Source: Caldisericia bacterium (GTDB taxonomy: Bacteria > Caldisericota > Caldisericia > JAAYUI01). Taken from it: a DNA stretch of 64,000 nucleotides. Location: contig OY771555.1 in NCBI GenBank assembly GCA_963674785.1, positions 32,001-96,000 of the forward strand. Direction: 5' to 3'. Positions 37,561 through 46,805 of this stretch are shown in pieces. The number at the start of each line of letters is the position of its first letter. Within the stretch, counting starts at the first letter, position 1. The notes below the pieces were generated by a model. That model made no database searches. It was not told the origin of the DNA and was given only the letters and a program-made list of their open reading frames with translations. Both the position numbers and the translations under genes were made by a program.

Positions 37561-38574
37561 CTACCTCAAATATTTCCTGATATTTGCATTATGCTCGGAC
37601 AGAGTCTTTGCAAAAACTGAAGTACCATTTCCAGTTGCTACAAAAAAGAAATAATCAGATTCAGCAGGATAAAGAACTGCATGGATTGCGTCTTGCCCAG
37701 GTGAACAGATTGGTCCAGGTGGAAGCCCAGGGTATTTGTATGTGTTATATGGGTCATCAGTTCGAAGTTGTTTGGTTGAAAGCATGTATCCATCAATCTT
37801 AAGTGAGTATGCAAGTGTTGCATTACACTCAAGTTTCCAACTTTTGTTCAGCCTGTTCCAAAAAACAGATGAGATAAGAGGCATCTCCTCAGCGTTTCCT
37901 GATTCGGCTTGAACAATTGATGCGAATGTCACACACTCGTGAATGGTCAAACCAAGCTCTTTGCACCTTGCAACATATGAATCATCAAAGATTTTTTCAA
38001 ACTGAGTGAGTTTTGTCTGGATAATCTTTTCTGCAGTAGGTTCCTCAATCAGATATGTTTGAGGAAACAGGTAACCTTCAAGGTCGGCATCCTCCGGAAT
38101 GTTTTTTGAAAACTTGAAATTGAAAAGGTCTTTATGGTTTTTTGCTAAAGTCCTGTACCTTTCATTGTCAATCTCTTCACGTTTTTTCAGGGCATCTGCA
38201 AACTGGTCAATTGTTAGACCTTCAAGAAATGTGTACTTTTGAGGAGGAATCTTACCTTCAGTCAAAAGTTTTTCAATCACCTCAGGCATTGTGTTTGGTT
38301 CTGTGAATGTGAAATATCCAGCCTGAAGCTTTGTTGCAGCTTCCTCTCTTTTTACTTCCCACAGGAATATTTTTTTTGATTTAATCAGTTCAAGATAAAC
38401 AAGAAGATCCGCAATCTCTGAAGGATTCATTCCTTTTCTAATCTCAAATTTTACGGGGTATTCGCTTGCAGAAAATGGAGTATTGATCGTATTTAAAACA
38501 CTTATGTAAACCCAAACACCAGCAATTCCAATCACCAGAAGAACAGCAACAATAGTCAATAATATCTTTTTCAT
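37561..38574 (-). CDS. mltG: Endolytic transglycosylase MltG
   Basis: N-terminal TM, LEGYLFPQTY, ASIVQAE, SVFWNRL, PYNTYKYPGLPPGPICSPG. Confidence 0.95.
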   Translation of the reverse strand: MKKILLTIVAVLLVIGIAGVWVYISVLNTINTPFSASEYPVKFEIRKGMNPSEIADLLVYLELIKSKKIFLWEVKREEAATKLQAGYFTFTEPNTMPEVIEKLLTEGKIPPQKYTFLEGLTIDQFADALKKREEIDNERYRTLAKNHKDLFNFKFSKNIPEDADLEGYLFPQTYLIEEPTAEKIIQTKLTQFEKIFDDSYVARCKELGLTIHECVTFASIVQAESGNAEEMPLISSVFWNRLNKSWKLECNATLAYSLKIDGYMLSTKQLRTDDPYNTYKYPGLPPGPICSPGQDAIHAVLYPAESDYFFFVATGNGTSVFAKTLSEHNANIRKYLR

Positions 38575-38577
38575 GAT

Positions 38578-39576
38578 CTAGTCCCTTTGAGATTTGAGCT
38601 GTCCACAAGCACCCTTTGATTCACCACCTTGAGATCTTCTAACTGTTGCTGAATGACCAAATTCACGCAGAGTTTTTAAAAAATGTCTGATTTTTGAACC
38701 ATCTGATGGTTTGTAATCCACATCACTGACTTCATTGAACGGAATGAGGTTTATCAAACATGGTATATCAAAGACCAAATCGGAAAGCTGTCTTGCATGC
38801 TCAACAGAATCATTTACACCATCAATCATTATGTATTCAAAGGTTTCGCGGTTTCCAGTTGCTCTCTGATGTCTCTTCACATCAGTCATGAGATTCTTCA
38901 GATTCATTGCTTTTGCAGCATTTGGCATGATCTCTTCGCGAAGCTTCTGGTTTGGAGCGTGCAATGATATTGCAAGGTTTACACGGGGCGAATCCTCGGC
39001 AAGTTCTGAAATTATATGTGGAAGTCCGACCGTGGAAATCGTTATATGCCTTGGTGAAAACTTCGCTTCAGAAATAAGTCTTTGAACTGAAGTTTTCACA
39101 TTTGGCCAATTTGAAAGAGGCTCACCAATCCCCATAAAAACAATGTTTCTGGGTCTTGGTTTGCATAACGCTACCTGAGACATTATCTCTGCTACCGAAA
39201 GATTCCTCTTCAATCCCTTTTTACCCGACTCACAGAATGTACATGAAAAAGCACATCCAATCTGAGTAGAAATACACACCGTCGAATGACTGCTTGTTTT
39301 CATCAGAATCATTTCAACGATATTTCCGTCAATCATCTGAACAAGCATCTTCTTTGATCTGTCCTGGGACTTATCAACTTTCACAACCTTTGGACCAAAA
39401 AAGAATTCACTACGGAGGTGTTCTCTGACCTCAGATGGAAGGTCGCTCATCTTGTTGATGTTTAAAACACCTTTTTGCCATATCCAGTCTATTACTTGAT
39501 CAGCCCTGTAAGCAGGTTCTCCAAGCAAACTCATCCACTCAGATAGCTCTGCTCGTGATTGTGATAAAATTTCCAT
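38578..39576 (-). CDS. rlmN: Dual-specificity rRNA/tRNA m2A methyltransferase RlmN
   Basis: CISTQIGCAFSCTFC (CxxxCxxC), VFMGIGEPL, ISLHAP, NLIPFN, GACGQL. True start MEIL at 39576; the ORF-track extension overlaps the tRNA. Confidence 0.93.
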   Translation of the reverse strand: MEILSQSRAELSEWMSLLGEPAYRADQVIDWIWQKGVLNINKMSDLPSEVREHLRSEFFFGPKVVKVDKSQDRSKKMLVQMIDGNIVEMILMKTSSHSTVCISTQIGCAFSCTFCESGKKGLKRNLSVAEIMSQVALCKPRPRNIVFMGIGEPLSNWPNVKTSVQRLISEAKFSPRHITISTVGLPHIISELAEDSPRVNLAISLHAPNQKLREEIMPNAAKAMNLKNLMTDVKRHQRATGNRETFEYIMIDGVNDSVEHARQLSDLVFDIPCLINLIPFNEVSDVDYKPSDGSKIRHFLKTLREFGHSATVRRSQGGESKGACGQLKSQRD

Positions 39577-39643
39577 AGCTTGAGAATAACCAGCAAAGGA
39601 CAAATATTCAACAGTAAAACGCTTGAAATGTTTCGGAAAAGAC

Positions 39644-39719
39644 TGGAGCGGGAGACGGGGCTCGAACCCGCTACCCCCAGCTTGGAAGGCTAGTGCTCTA
39701 CCAAATGAGCTACTCCCGC
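39644..39719 (-). tRNA. tRNA-Gly (anticodon TCC), CCA encoded
   Basis: Reverse complement GCGGGAGTAGCTCATTTGGTAGAGCACTAGCCTTCCAAGCTGGGGGTAGCGGGTTCGAGCCCCGTCTCCCGCTCCA, 76 nt; acceptor stem GCGGGAG/CTCCCGC, T-loop GGTTCGA. Confidence 0.97.
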
Positions 39720-39848
39720 TCAGAGAGAATGAGCAAGATAATAGCAAACAATGGCAGATGGTCAATAAAAGAAAACATTAAAAAGACACAACTACAGAAA
39801 AAAGTTAGAAAACTTGTCAATTCAACAAAAAAAGTTAGAATCTGAATC

Positions 39849-40304
39849 ATGATTCATAAAGGTACTGTTGCGACAAACAGAAAAGCAAAACACGACTATC
39901 AGCTTGAGAAGGCGTTTGAGGCTGGAATCGTGCTTGCGGGAGACGAGGTTAAATCACTAAGGCTTGGTTCATGTGATTTATCTGGCTCATATGTTGAGGA
40001 GAGAAATGGAGAAATTTATCTCATTGACACATACATAAGACCATACCCTGGAGCAAGAGAACCCAGTAAACCCAGAAGGGCAAGGAAGCTTCTTCTTTCC
40101 AGGCAACAGATAAGAAGACTCATTGCAAGATTAATCCAAGGTGGATTTACCTGTGTTCCACTTGAAGTTTTTTTCAATGAAAAAGGGATTGCAAAAGTCA
40201 GAATCGCCCTGGCAAAGGGAAGAAAAAAATATGACCACAAAGATCAGATACTTGAAAGAACAAGAAAGAACGAAACAAGAACTGCAAAAAGGAATCTAGA
40301 ATAA
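39849..40304 (+). CDS. smpB: SsrA-binding protein SmpB
   Basis: ATNRKAKHDY..EAGIVLAGDEVKSLR..RKLLL..IALAKGRKKYD. Confidence 0.96.
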   Translation: MIHKGTVATNRKAKHDYQLEKAFEAGIVLAGDEVKSLRLGSCDLSGSYVEERNGEIYLIDTYIRPYPGAREPSKPRRARKLLLSRQQIRRLIARLIQGGFTCVPLEVFFNEKGIAKVRIALAKGRKKYDHKDQILERTRKNETRTAKRNLE

Positions 40305-43300
40305 TGAAAAAAGTTGTTTTATTTATTCTCATTTTTGTTCTGATTGCTGTTAACATAAACCTCATCTCCGCTGAAGACACAAGAAGATATATTGTCACCT
40401 ACCAACTGACAAACATTCGTCCAAAACCATCAACTTCATCAGAAAAAATTGCACGCGTCGATATTGGAAAAGAGTTTGAGATTGTTGGTGAGGAAACCGA
40501 TTCAGATGGCAAGGTGTGGTTCAAAATTGCATACAAACCTGATACAACTGCATATGTTGCCTCTTGGGTAGTAGACATCAAAACATCAAAGCCCCCCGAA
40601 ACGGTTGAAAATCTTAAGGTCATTATTGACCCAACTGTAAAAGTAAATATTCGAAGTAACAATTCAACCTCCTCAGATGTTGTCCTTGTTGTGAGACAAA
40701 GACAAGTTTTCCCAATTCTTGCTCAGGTATCAACACCTGATCTTTGGTACAAAATTGATATTGGTGATGGAAAGGTTGGATGGGTAAAAGCGGAAGTCAC
40801 AAAAGGAACAATCTCTGATAACGTAGAAAAAGAGACTGTTGAAGGAATGGTTGCACACATAAAACCTTTAGTCAACATCAGAGAACAACCCACAACAAAC
40901 TCGAGAAAAGTAACAAAAACCACATCTGCTATTCAACCGTTTGTTATCTCAAAAACAACAGGCGCTGATGATGGAAAAATCTGGTACGAGATCGAACTAC
41001 CAACAAATCAAATCGGCTGGGTCAGGTCAGACATGGCAACCCTCACACAGAAAGAATCTGCAACCTCAATCAAGGACAAAGCAGCAATAATTCCTGCCAA
41101 TCTGAATATCAGAAAAGAGGCAGGTACAAACCACGAGATTCTGTTTAAAACAAAATCAGAACAGAAGTATCCAGTTTTATCAATGCTCCCGGACGTAAAT
41201 GGTGACATTTGGTATCAAGTCCAAACTGAAAACGATATAGGTTGGGTTCTTGGTTCATACGTCAAACTTGTTTCGACAAGTAATTACAACACGGTAAATT
41301 CTGGCGCAAAACTTCTTCTTTCACCGACCGAGGGTTCAAAACTAATCATCACCCAACAAGCAAACGAAAGATGTGGAATATCAGGATCAGCAATCGATGC
41401 CAATGGAAAATCTTGGTATCTTGTAACAACTAGCAAAAAAACTGGATGGGTTGTCGAAACCCAGGTCACCGTCAAAACATACATCGATAAACCAGCAATA
41501 AGGACTGGTGAAACTGTCTCACTTCAGAGAAGCACAAAGTTGCTTTCCGCACCACTTGAAGGAAGCGAGAGCATAAAAGATTTATTCAAAGGTGCAACGG
41601 GAACAATAAAAGCAACTGCACTTCGGGATAACAATACACTCTATCTGCAAATCCACACAGGAGACGACATCGGTTGGGTGAAAGCGGAAACAACAGAGAA
41701 ACACTACGAACAAAAAAGTAATCTTGCTGTTGATGTTGGTCAAATGAAACACACCAAAAAAGAGGGTTTAAATGAATTCACACTTGATGTCTCCTCGAAA
41801 CCAGAAGTCGAAATCAAAAACTATAGCGATGACCCAAGAATCGTAATGAAAATAAAAAACGCTGTTTCAACCAGCAGAGACCCCCTGAGTGTCGTCACTT
41901 CACTCATATCAAACGTATTGGTCGACCTTGATGTTTCAGAAAAAGAATTGACATACACATTCAAACTGAATAGACCCGCTGGATATTACCTTTATCCACT
42001 GACAAAAAGCTCAAAAATGATAAAACTGGAAATCTTTGAAAAACCTCCAGAAAATGAGATCAAGCTATATATCCAAGGTCAACCGGTTTTCTCATCAACT
42101 CCTCCAATAAATGAAGAAGGCGCAATCCTTGTACCACTCGAATCCATTGCATCAAGGATTGGTGCTCTTGTTTACGCAACAAACATTGAAAAAGGGATAT
42201 TTGAACTAAAAACAGAACATATCAATCTTACATTCACACAAAACAAATCGATGGTTGAGTTCACACAAATTCCAAGTGGTCACTCGGGAGAGGATAATAA
42301 ATTCTATCCTGTGCCAAGATTTTCTGATGATGATGACAAAGTTTTTTATGTACCACTTGAACATCTGGCAAGACATCTTAATTTTAAGTATTACTACTAC
42401 CCACAGAAAAATGAAATCCATCTCGACCCAATCGTTGATAAGATCGAGATTGGTGGATGTTCAAACTCAAGCGACACATGCAAAACAATTGCAACTAATA
42501 TTTCACTGATTGCTGATTATAAATCAGAAGAGCTTTCCGATGGAAGAGAAAAGATCACGATCAACAACACGGTTTTGGGTGAAAATGTTGTAAGGGATGT
42601 TGATGAAACAAGAGTAAAAATCGAAACAGTAGTTAGAACTCAGGAAACACCATCAAAGGTCATTCTCTATATTGTCAAAAAAGATAATGAAAGCATTAGC
42701 GTTGGAGAGTTGAAAAACCCTAATCGATTGATCATTCAAATCTATGAGCAGGTAAGACAGGGACTCTCTGGGAAAACAATCATCATTGACCCCGGTCACG
42801 GTAACCTCATTACAAACGGTGCTTATGATCATGGCTGTATAACTGAAAAAGGAATTAAGGAATCTGATGTTTCTTTGAAAATCGCACAGTCTCTTCAAAA
42901 AATCCTAAACGAGAAGGGTGCAACTGTTGTACTGACAAGAAACTCAGCTATAAGCGAAGATGCAACACTCGATAACAGACTCACCCTTGCAAATGGTGGT
43001 GGTTCGCACATGTTCATCTCAATTCACACTGGGTTTTCAAGAGACCCCAAGATGCAAGGCTGCAGGACATTCTTTTATGCACCCCTTGGCGAAAGACTTG
43101 CAAATCTTATTCAACCTGCAATCTCGAAATCCACTGGTTTTACGAACCTAGGAGTTTTCAAAAGAAATTACTACATGTGCAGAAAGATTTCAGGGATTCC
43201 TTCTGTGCTTGTTGAACCATTTTTTCTTAGCAACACCCAGGGAGAAAGCTTTTCCGGAAACCAAAAAAACATTGACAATCTGTCAAAAAATATTAGCCAA

Positions 43301-43333
43301 GCAATAATAGATTATTTTGAGGAGATACCATGA
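40304..43333 (+). CDS. N-acetylmuramoyl-L-alanine amidase with about six SH3b, AMIN-like and stalk domains
   Basis: Signal peptide; repeated NIR..P....WY....GWV units; ILVPLESIA and FYVPLEHLA stalk motifs; Amidase_3 IIIDPGHG..E..FISIH..VLVE. Confidence 0.9.
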   Translation: MKKVVLFILIFVLIAVNINLISAEDTRRYIVTYQLTNIRPKPSTSSEKIARVDIGKEFEIVGEETDSDGKVWFKIAYKPDTTAYVASWVVDIKTSKPPETVENLKVIIDPTVKVNIRSNNSTSSDVVLVVRQRQVFPILAQVSTPDLWYKIDIGDGKVGWVKAEVTKGTISDNVEKETVEGMVAHIKPLVNIREQPTTNSRKVTKTTSAIQPFVISKTTGADDGKIWYEIELPTNQIGWVRSDMATLTQKESATSIKDKAAIIPANLNIRKEAGTNHEILFKTKSEQKYPVLSMLPDVNGDIWYQVQTENDIGWVLGSYVKLVSTSNYNTVNSGAKLLLSPTEGSKLIITQQANERCGISGSAIDANGKSWYLVTTSKKTGWVVETQVTVKTYIDKPAIRTGETVSLQRSTKLLSAPLEGSESIKDLFKGATGTIKATALRDNNTLYLQIHTGDDIGWVKAETTEKHYEQKSNLAVDVGQMKHTKKEGLNEFTLDVSSKPEVEIKNYSDDPRIVMKIKNAVSTSRDPLSVVTSLISNVLVDLDVSEKELTYTFKLNRPAGYYLYPLTKSSKMIKLEIFEKPPENEIKLYIQGQPVFSSTPPINEEGAILVPLESIASRIGALVYATNIEKGIFELKTEHINLTFTQNKSMVEFTQIPSGHSGEDNKFYPVPRFSDDDDKVFYVPLEHLARHLNFKYYYYPQKNEIHLDPIVDKIEIGGCSNSSDTCKTIATNISLIADYKSEELSDGREKITINNTVLGENVVRDVDETRVKIETVVRTQETPSKVILYIVKKDNESISVGELKNPNRLIIQIYEQVRQGLSGKTIIIDPGHGNLITNGAYDHGCITEKGIKESDVSLKIAQSLQKILNEKGATVVLTRNSAISEDATLDNRLTLANGGGSHMFISIHTGFSRDPKMQGCRTFFYAPLGERLANLIQPAISKSTGFTNLGVFKRNYYMCRKISGIPSVLVEPFFLSNTQGESFSGNQKNIDNLSKNISQAIIDYFEEIP

Positions 43334-44040
43334 GAAATGATGGAAGAAATTTTGATGAACTAAGAAACATAGAAGTTTTAACAGACACAATGAAATATGC
43401 AGATGGTTCTGCGGAAATCATCTGGGGAAACACCCGGGTTATCTGTACCGCCTCCTGGGAGCCAAAAGTTCCACCATGGATGAAAGGTGAAGGGCAGGGC
43501 TGGATTACTGCAGAATACGGCATGCTTCCACGTTCCTCAGCCCAAAGAATTCAAAGAGATATTAACAGACTCAAGAAAGCCCCAAGGTCTGTTGAGATTC
43601 AAAGGCTCATCGGGAGAACAATCAGGTCTGTTGTTGACCTTGAAAAAATGGGCGAAAACACAATGACAATTGATTGTGACGTCATCCAGGCAGACGGCGG
43701 GACAAGGGTTGCTTCAATTGTTGGCGGATTCATTGCTATGGTTCAAGCCTTCAGGTCAATAAATGACGGTATGGTTCCCATAAATGATTATCTTGGTGCT
43801 GTTTCTCTTGGTATCATTAATGGTGAGAATCTTCTTGACCTCTGTTATGAAGAGGATTTCAGAGCTGAGGCAGACATGAATTTTATCATGTCTGGCAAAG
43901 GTGAGATTGTAGAGATTCAGGTAACAGCAGAGGAAAAGCCATTTTCTCTCGAAACATTCAACTCACTGGTGAAACTCGCATCAAAAGGAATCATGGAGAT
44001 TGTTGAGATTCAAAAGAAGGTTTTGGGGGAGTTGAAGTAA
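43330..44040 (+). CDS. rph: Ribonuclease PH
   Basis: MRNDGR..GWITAEYGMLPRS..EIQRLIGR..DCDVIQADGGTR..LDLCYEED..DMN. Confidence 0.97.
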   Translation: MRNDGRNFDELRNIEVLTDTMKYADGSAEIIWGNTRVICTASWEPKVPPWMKGEGQGWITAEYGMLPRSSAQRIQRDINRLKKAPRSVEIQRLIGRTIRSVVDLEKMGENTMTIDCDVIQADGGTRVASIVGGFIAMVQAFRSINDGMVPINDYLGAVSLGIINGENLLDLCYEEDFRAEADMNFIMSGKGEIVEIQVTAEEKPFSLETFNSLVKLASKGIMEIVEIQKKVLGELK

Positions 44041-44118
44041 GATAGAGTCACCAAAAACAAACAAAAGCATCTTCATTGTGTCAAATCCTGTACCCGATTT
44101 TGGGAGAAAGGAATCGTG

Positions 44119-45746
44119 ATGGGATTTAAAGGCTTTGCCAAGTCTATAGCTTTTGTTCTTGGATGTTTGATGTTTGTTTCGATAATCGGTTGTGGGAATA
44201 GTTATGTCTACTCACCAACTCCTGACACGTACAGATGGGTAACCATTAATGGAGAGGATTACAACCCGAACTTGGATACAAATGCACCTATGTTTGAGGA
44301 GGGGAAAACACCTGATATTATCAGTGATTTTGTTTTTAAAGGTGATACAATTTACTTTCTTATAAGAGAGGAAAACTCAAACAAATTCATCAGATGTGTA
44401 AAGTATATCGATGGAAAGATACTCAATCTTGATGATACAAAATGGAAATCGAGTCCAACAAAACTATTTTTGTCACCTTTCAATGAAGCAAATGAACCAA
44501 GTTCATTTGCAATCGATTCAAATGGTTTTCCGCACATTGTATGGTCAGATAAACCTGAATATATAAAGACTTTGGATCACAACAAGGATATCTACTATGC
44601 GAAATGGGATGGACAAGATTGGTACACTATCCAAGGTCAAAAAGTAAACATAGAATCTGATAATGCAAATGTTTCAAGAAATGTTGAGATTTGCTCAACA
44701 TATTCGCCAAGAATTGCACTAGGTTCAAAAGATAATCCCCATATTGTTTGGCGTTCGCATAACCGTGAAAATCAATCTGAAGAATATATATATCTAAACT
44801 ATCTGAAATGGGGTGGTAAAAACTGGTTAACTTCCGATGGCACCCAATACAAACCACGAAGCAACTCAGACTCAATCGTTGGGAGATTCAGCAATGCTGA
44901 AATAAGTGGTGATTATTTTTCCACATTCCCCATCATTAAGATGGATAAAGATGATAATCCTCACATTTTTGGAACTACAAAAATACAGGTAAGACAGAAG
45001 ATATTGAATACGAGTTTTATGAGAAAATGTATATCAAGTGGACAGATGAGGACGGTTGGGTTTTCAATAATGGGAACCTCTGGGATCCAACTATTCGATT
45101 TCTGAATCTCAATAACAATATCCAATCATTATTTATAACATCAGATTTTTCAATTGACAGTCATGGAGATACTTATCTTGCTTGGCTAGGTTTTTTTGAT
45201 GAGTACCCATCATTTGGCATATTTATAATCAAGAATGTCGATGGTGAATGGAGAACTTTGAATGGTGAAAAATGGGACTCCGCCAATCCAAAGAACGCAC
45301 TTGTTGAATCGTTAGGACTTTATTCTGCTGATAGATATTCACTCAAATCATGTGATATTCAGATAAGCGTTGATAGAAATAACAATCTACATTTACTTCT
45401 TAGTAATGGTGAAAGCTCGAATAGAAATATTCAACAATTAGAAAACCCATGTTTGTATTATTTCAAATCTGATGGTGAAAACTGGTATTCAATCGATGGG
45501 CAAACAAATGAATCAAACATGAAGGATTTTGGCTTGATACACAGAGGCTCAATAGAAAAGGGGATGCTACAATCATACCTACTTCTAGATGATCAATATA
45601 ATCCCCATATCATATGGAGGGGAACCAGCATTAAGGAGCTAGATAATTTTAATTATATAAAAGCAATTAAGCATACTAATAACTGGAACCCAATACACCC
45701 CAAAAAAAGCATTTGCAAAAAACAGTTATTCCTGCTATCTTGGTAA
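44119..45746 (+). pseudogene. Frameshifted lipoprotein with repeated (N)PHIxW..Y.KW.G..W beta-propeller-like units
   Basis: Lipobox IIGC. The two overlapping ORFs (44116-45105, 45027-45746) share the same repeat. One extra T in the T5 run at 44966-44970 fuses them and restores NPHIFW. Confidence 0.7.
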
Positions 45747-45767
45747 TTGGGATAGGAGGGGTATGTT

Positions 45768-46277
45768 ATGAAGATCAGTATCTTTGAACATATGAAAAGA
45801 TGTAGGATTTGTGGGGAGAAGTCTAGCTACACTGTTTGTCAAAATTATGCATCGGAAACAGAGCTTCAACTCATGAGGGAGATTGAGTCAATCAACAAGA
45901 AGATTTCGGAAAATACTAAGAGACTTTTTAAGTGTAAGCTTAAATTACCAAAACTAAATCCGTATTTTATCATGGCATTTTTGCTTCTATGGTTATTCTT
46001 CACACACTCGTTCCTTTTTGCGAAATTCGTCCATGAGCCAATTGTAATGATTTTTATTGCAGCATTGTCAATTCTATTTTTGATTTTTTCAGTCTATTTC
46101 TGGATTTTCTTTCCGATGGACAACATCAAAAACGGTGTCGAGTTCATGGACGCAAAACATCAAAATCTCATCCTCAAAAGACACAGAAAATACTACCTAA
46201 AGATGCTCAAAAAAACACCTGAGAGCTGGACAAAACTCGACCTAATGAAGATAAAGTTTGAGACACTTGAGGCTTAG
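45768..46277 (+). CDS. 2-TM membrane protein with N-terminal degenerate Zn-ribbon, paralogue A
   Basis: CRICGEKSSYTVCQNY, coiled coil, two TM segments, LKKTPESWT. Confidence 0.65.
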   Translation: MKISIFEHMKRCRICGEKSSYTVCQNYASETELQLMREIESINKKISENTKRLFKCKLKLPKLNPYFIMAFLLLWLFFTHSFLFAKFVHEPIVMIFIAALSILFLIFSVYFWIFFPMDNIKNGVEFMDAKHQNLILKRHRKYYLKMLKKTPESWTKLDLMKIKFETLEA

Positions 46278-46283
46278 GGGAGG

Positions 46284-46796
46284 ATGAACATGAAGTGTAG
46301 AAAATGTAATGAACAATCACCGTTTCCAGTTTGCCCAGAGTGTGCAAACGATCAGGAACTTGAAATAATAGAAACAATTGTCAAAATCGATGAAACCATA
46401 AGGGTCGACCGTGATCGAAAAAAGGTTCTGTTCGAGTATGTGTTCCCACTAACAAAACCAATGATCATTGCATTTATTCTCTTCGCATTAAGCATCATTA
46501 CTTCGAATTATCTAAACTCAGCCATTCTTCCAATTGTTTCAATGGTTTTAGCTGTTTCACTTTTTATTTACTCTTGGATAATCCATCTTCCGCTCAAGTC
46601 TGAAGCGATTGAAGACTACAGAGACATGAAAATCAGAATTGACCAACTCAAAAAAAGGAAAGAGTTTTTGCTTGATCTTCTAAAGAACTCGCCTGAAAAA
46701 TGGTCGGAAGCTGAGCTTCAGGTTGTCAGAAGTAACATTTTTGCAGACGGTGAGGGAGGATATGATTATGATCCGATCGAGGTTTATTTGAGGTAG
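46284..46796 (+). CDS. 2-TM membrane protein with N-terminal CxxC..CxxC Zn-ribbon, paralogue B
   Basis: CRKCNEQSPFPVCPEC, two TM segments, LKNSPEKWS; GGGAGG SD. Confidence 0.7.
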   Translation: MNMKCRKCNEQSPFPVCPECANDQELEIIETIVKIDETIRVDRDRKKVLFEYVFPLTKPMIIAFILFALSIITSNYLNSAILPIVSMVLAVSLFIYSWIIHLPLKSEAIEDYRDMKIRIDQLKKRKEFLLDLLKNSPEKWSEAELQVVRSNIFADGEGGYDYDPIEVYLR

Positions 46797-46805
46797 CTGA
46801 AGAAT

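Noticed and set aside
39644-39719. tRNA-Gly as an integration site
   Set aside because: No duplicate of its 3' end was noticed in the window, and the flanking genes are housekeeping.
39577-39765. 63-aa N-terminal extension of RlmN in the ORF track
   Set aside because: It reads through the tRNA-Gly gene; a promoter-like signal and RlmN similarity begin at ATG 39576.
39798-39840. Direct repeat AAAAAAGTTAGAA x2 upstream of smpB
   Set aside because: Low complexity and only two copies; most simply a local duplication of the -10 region.
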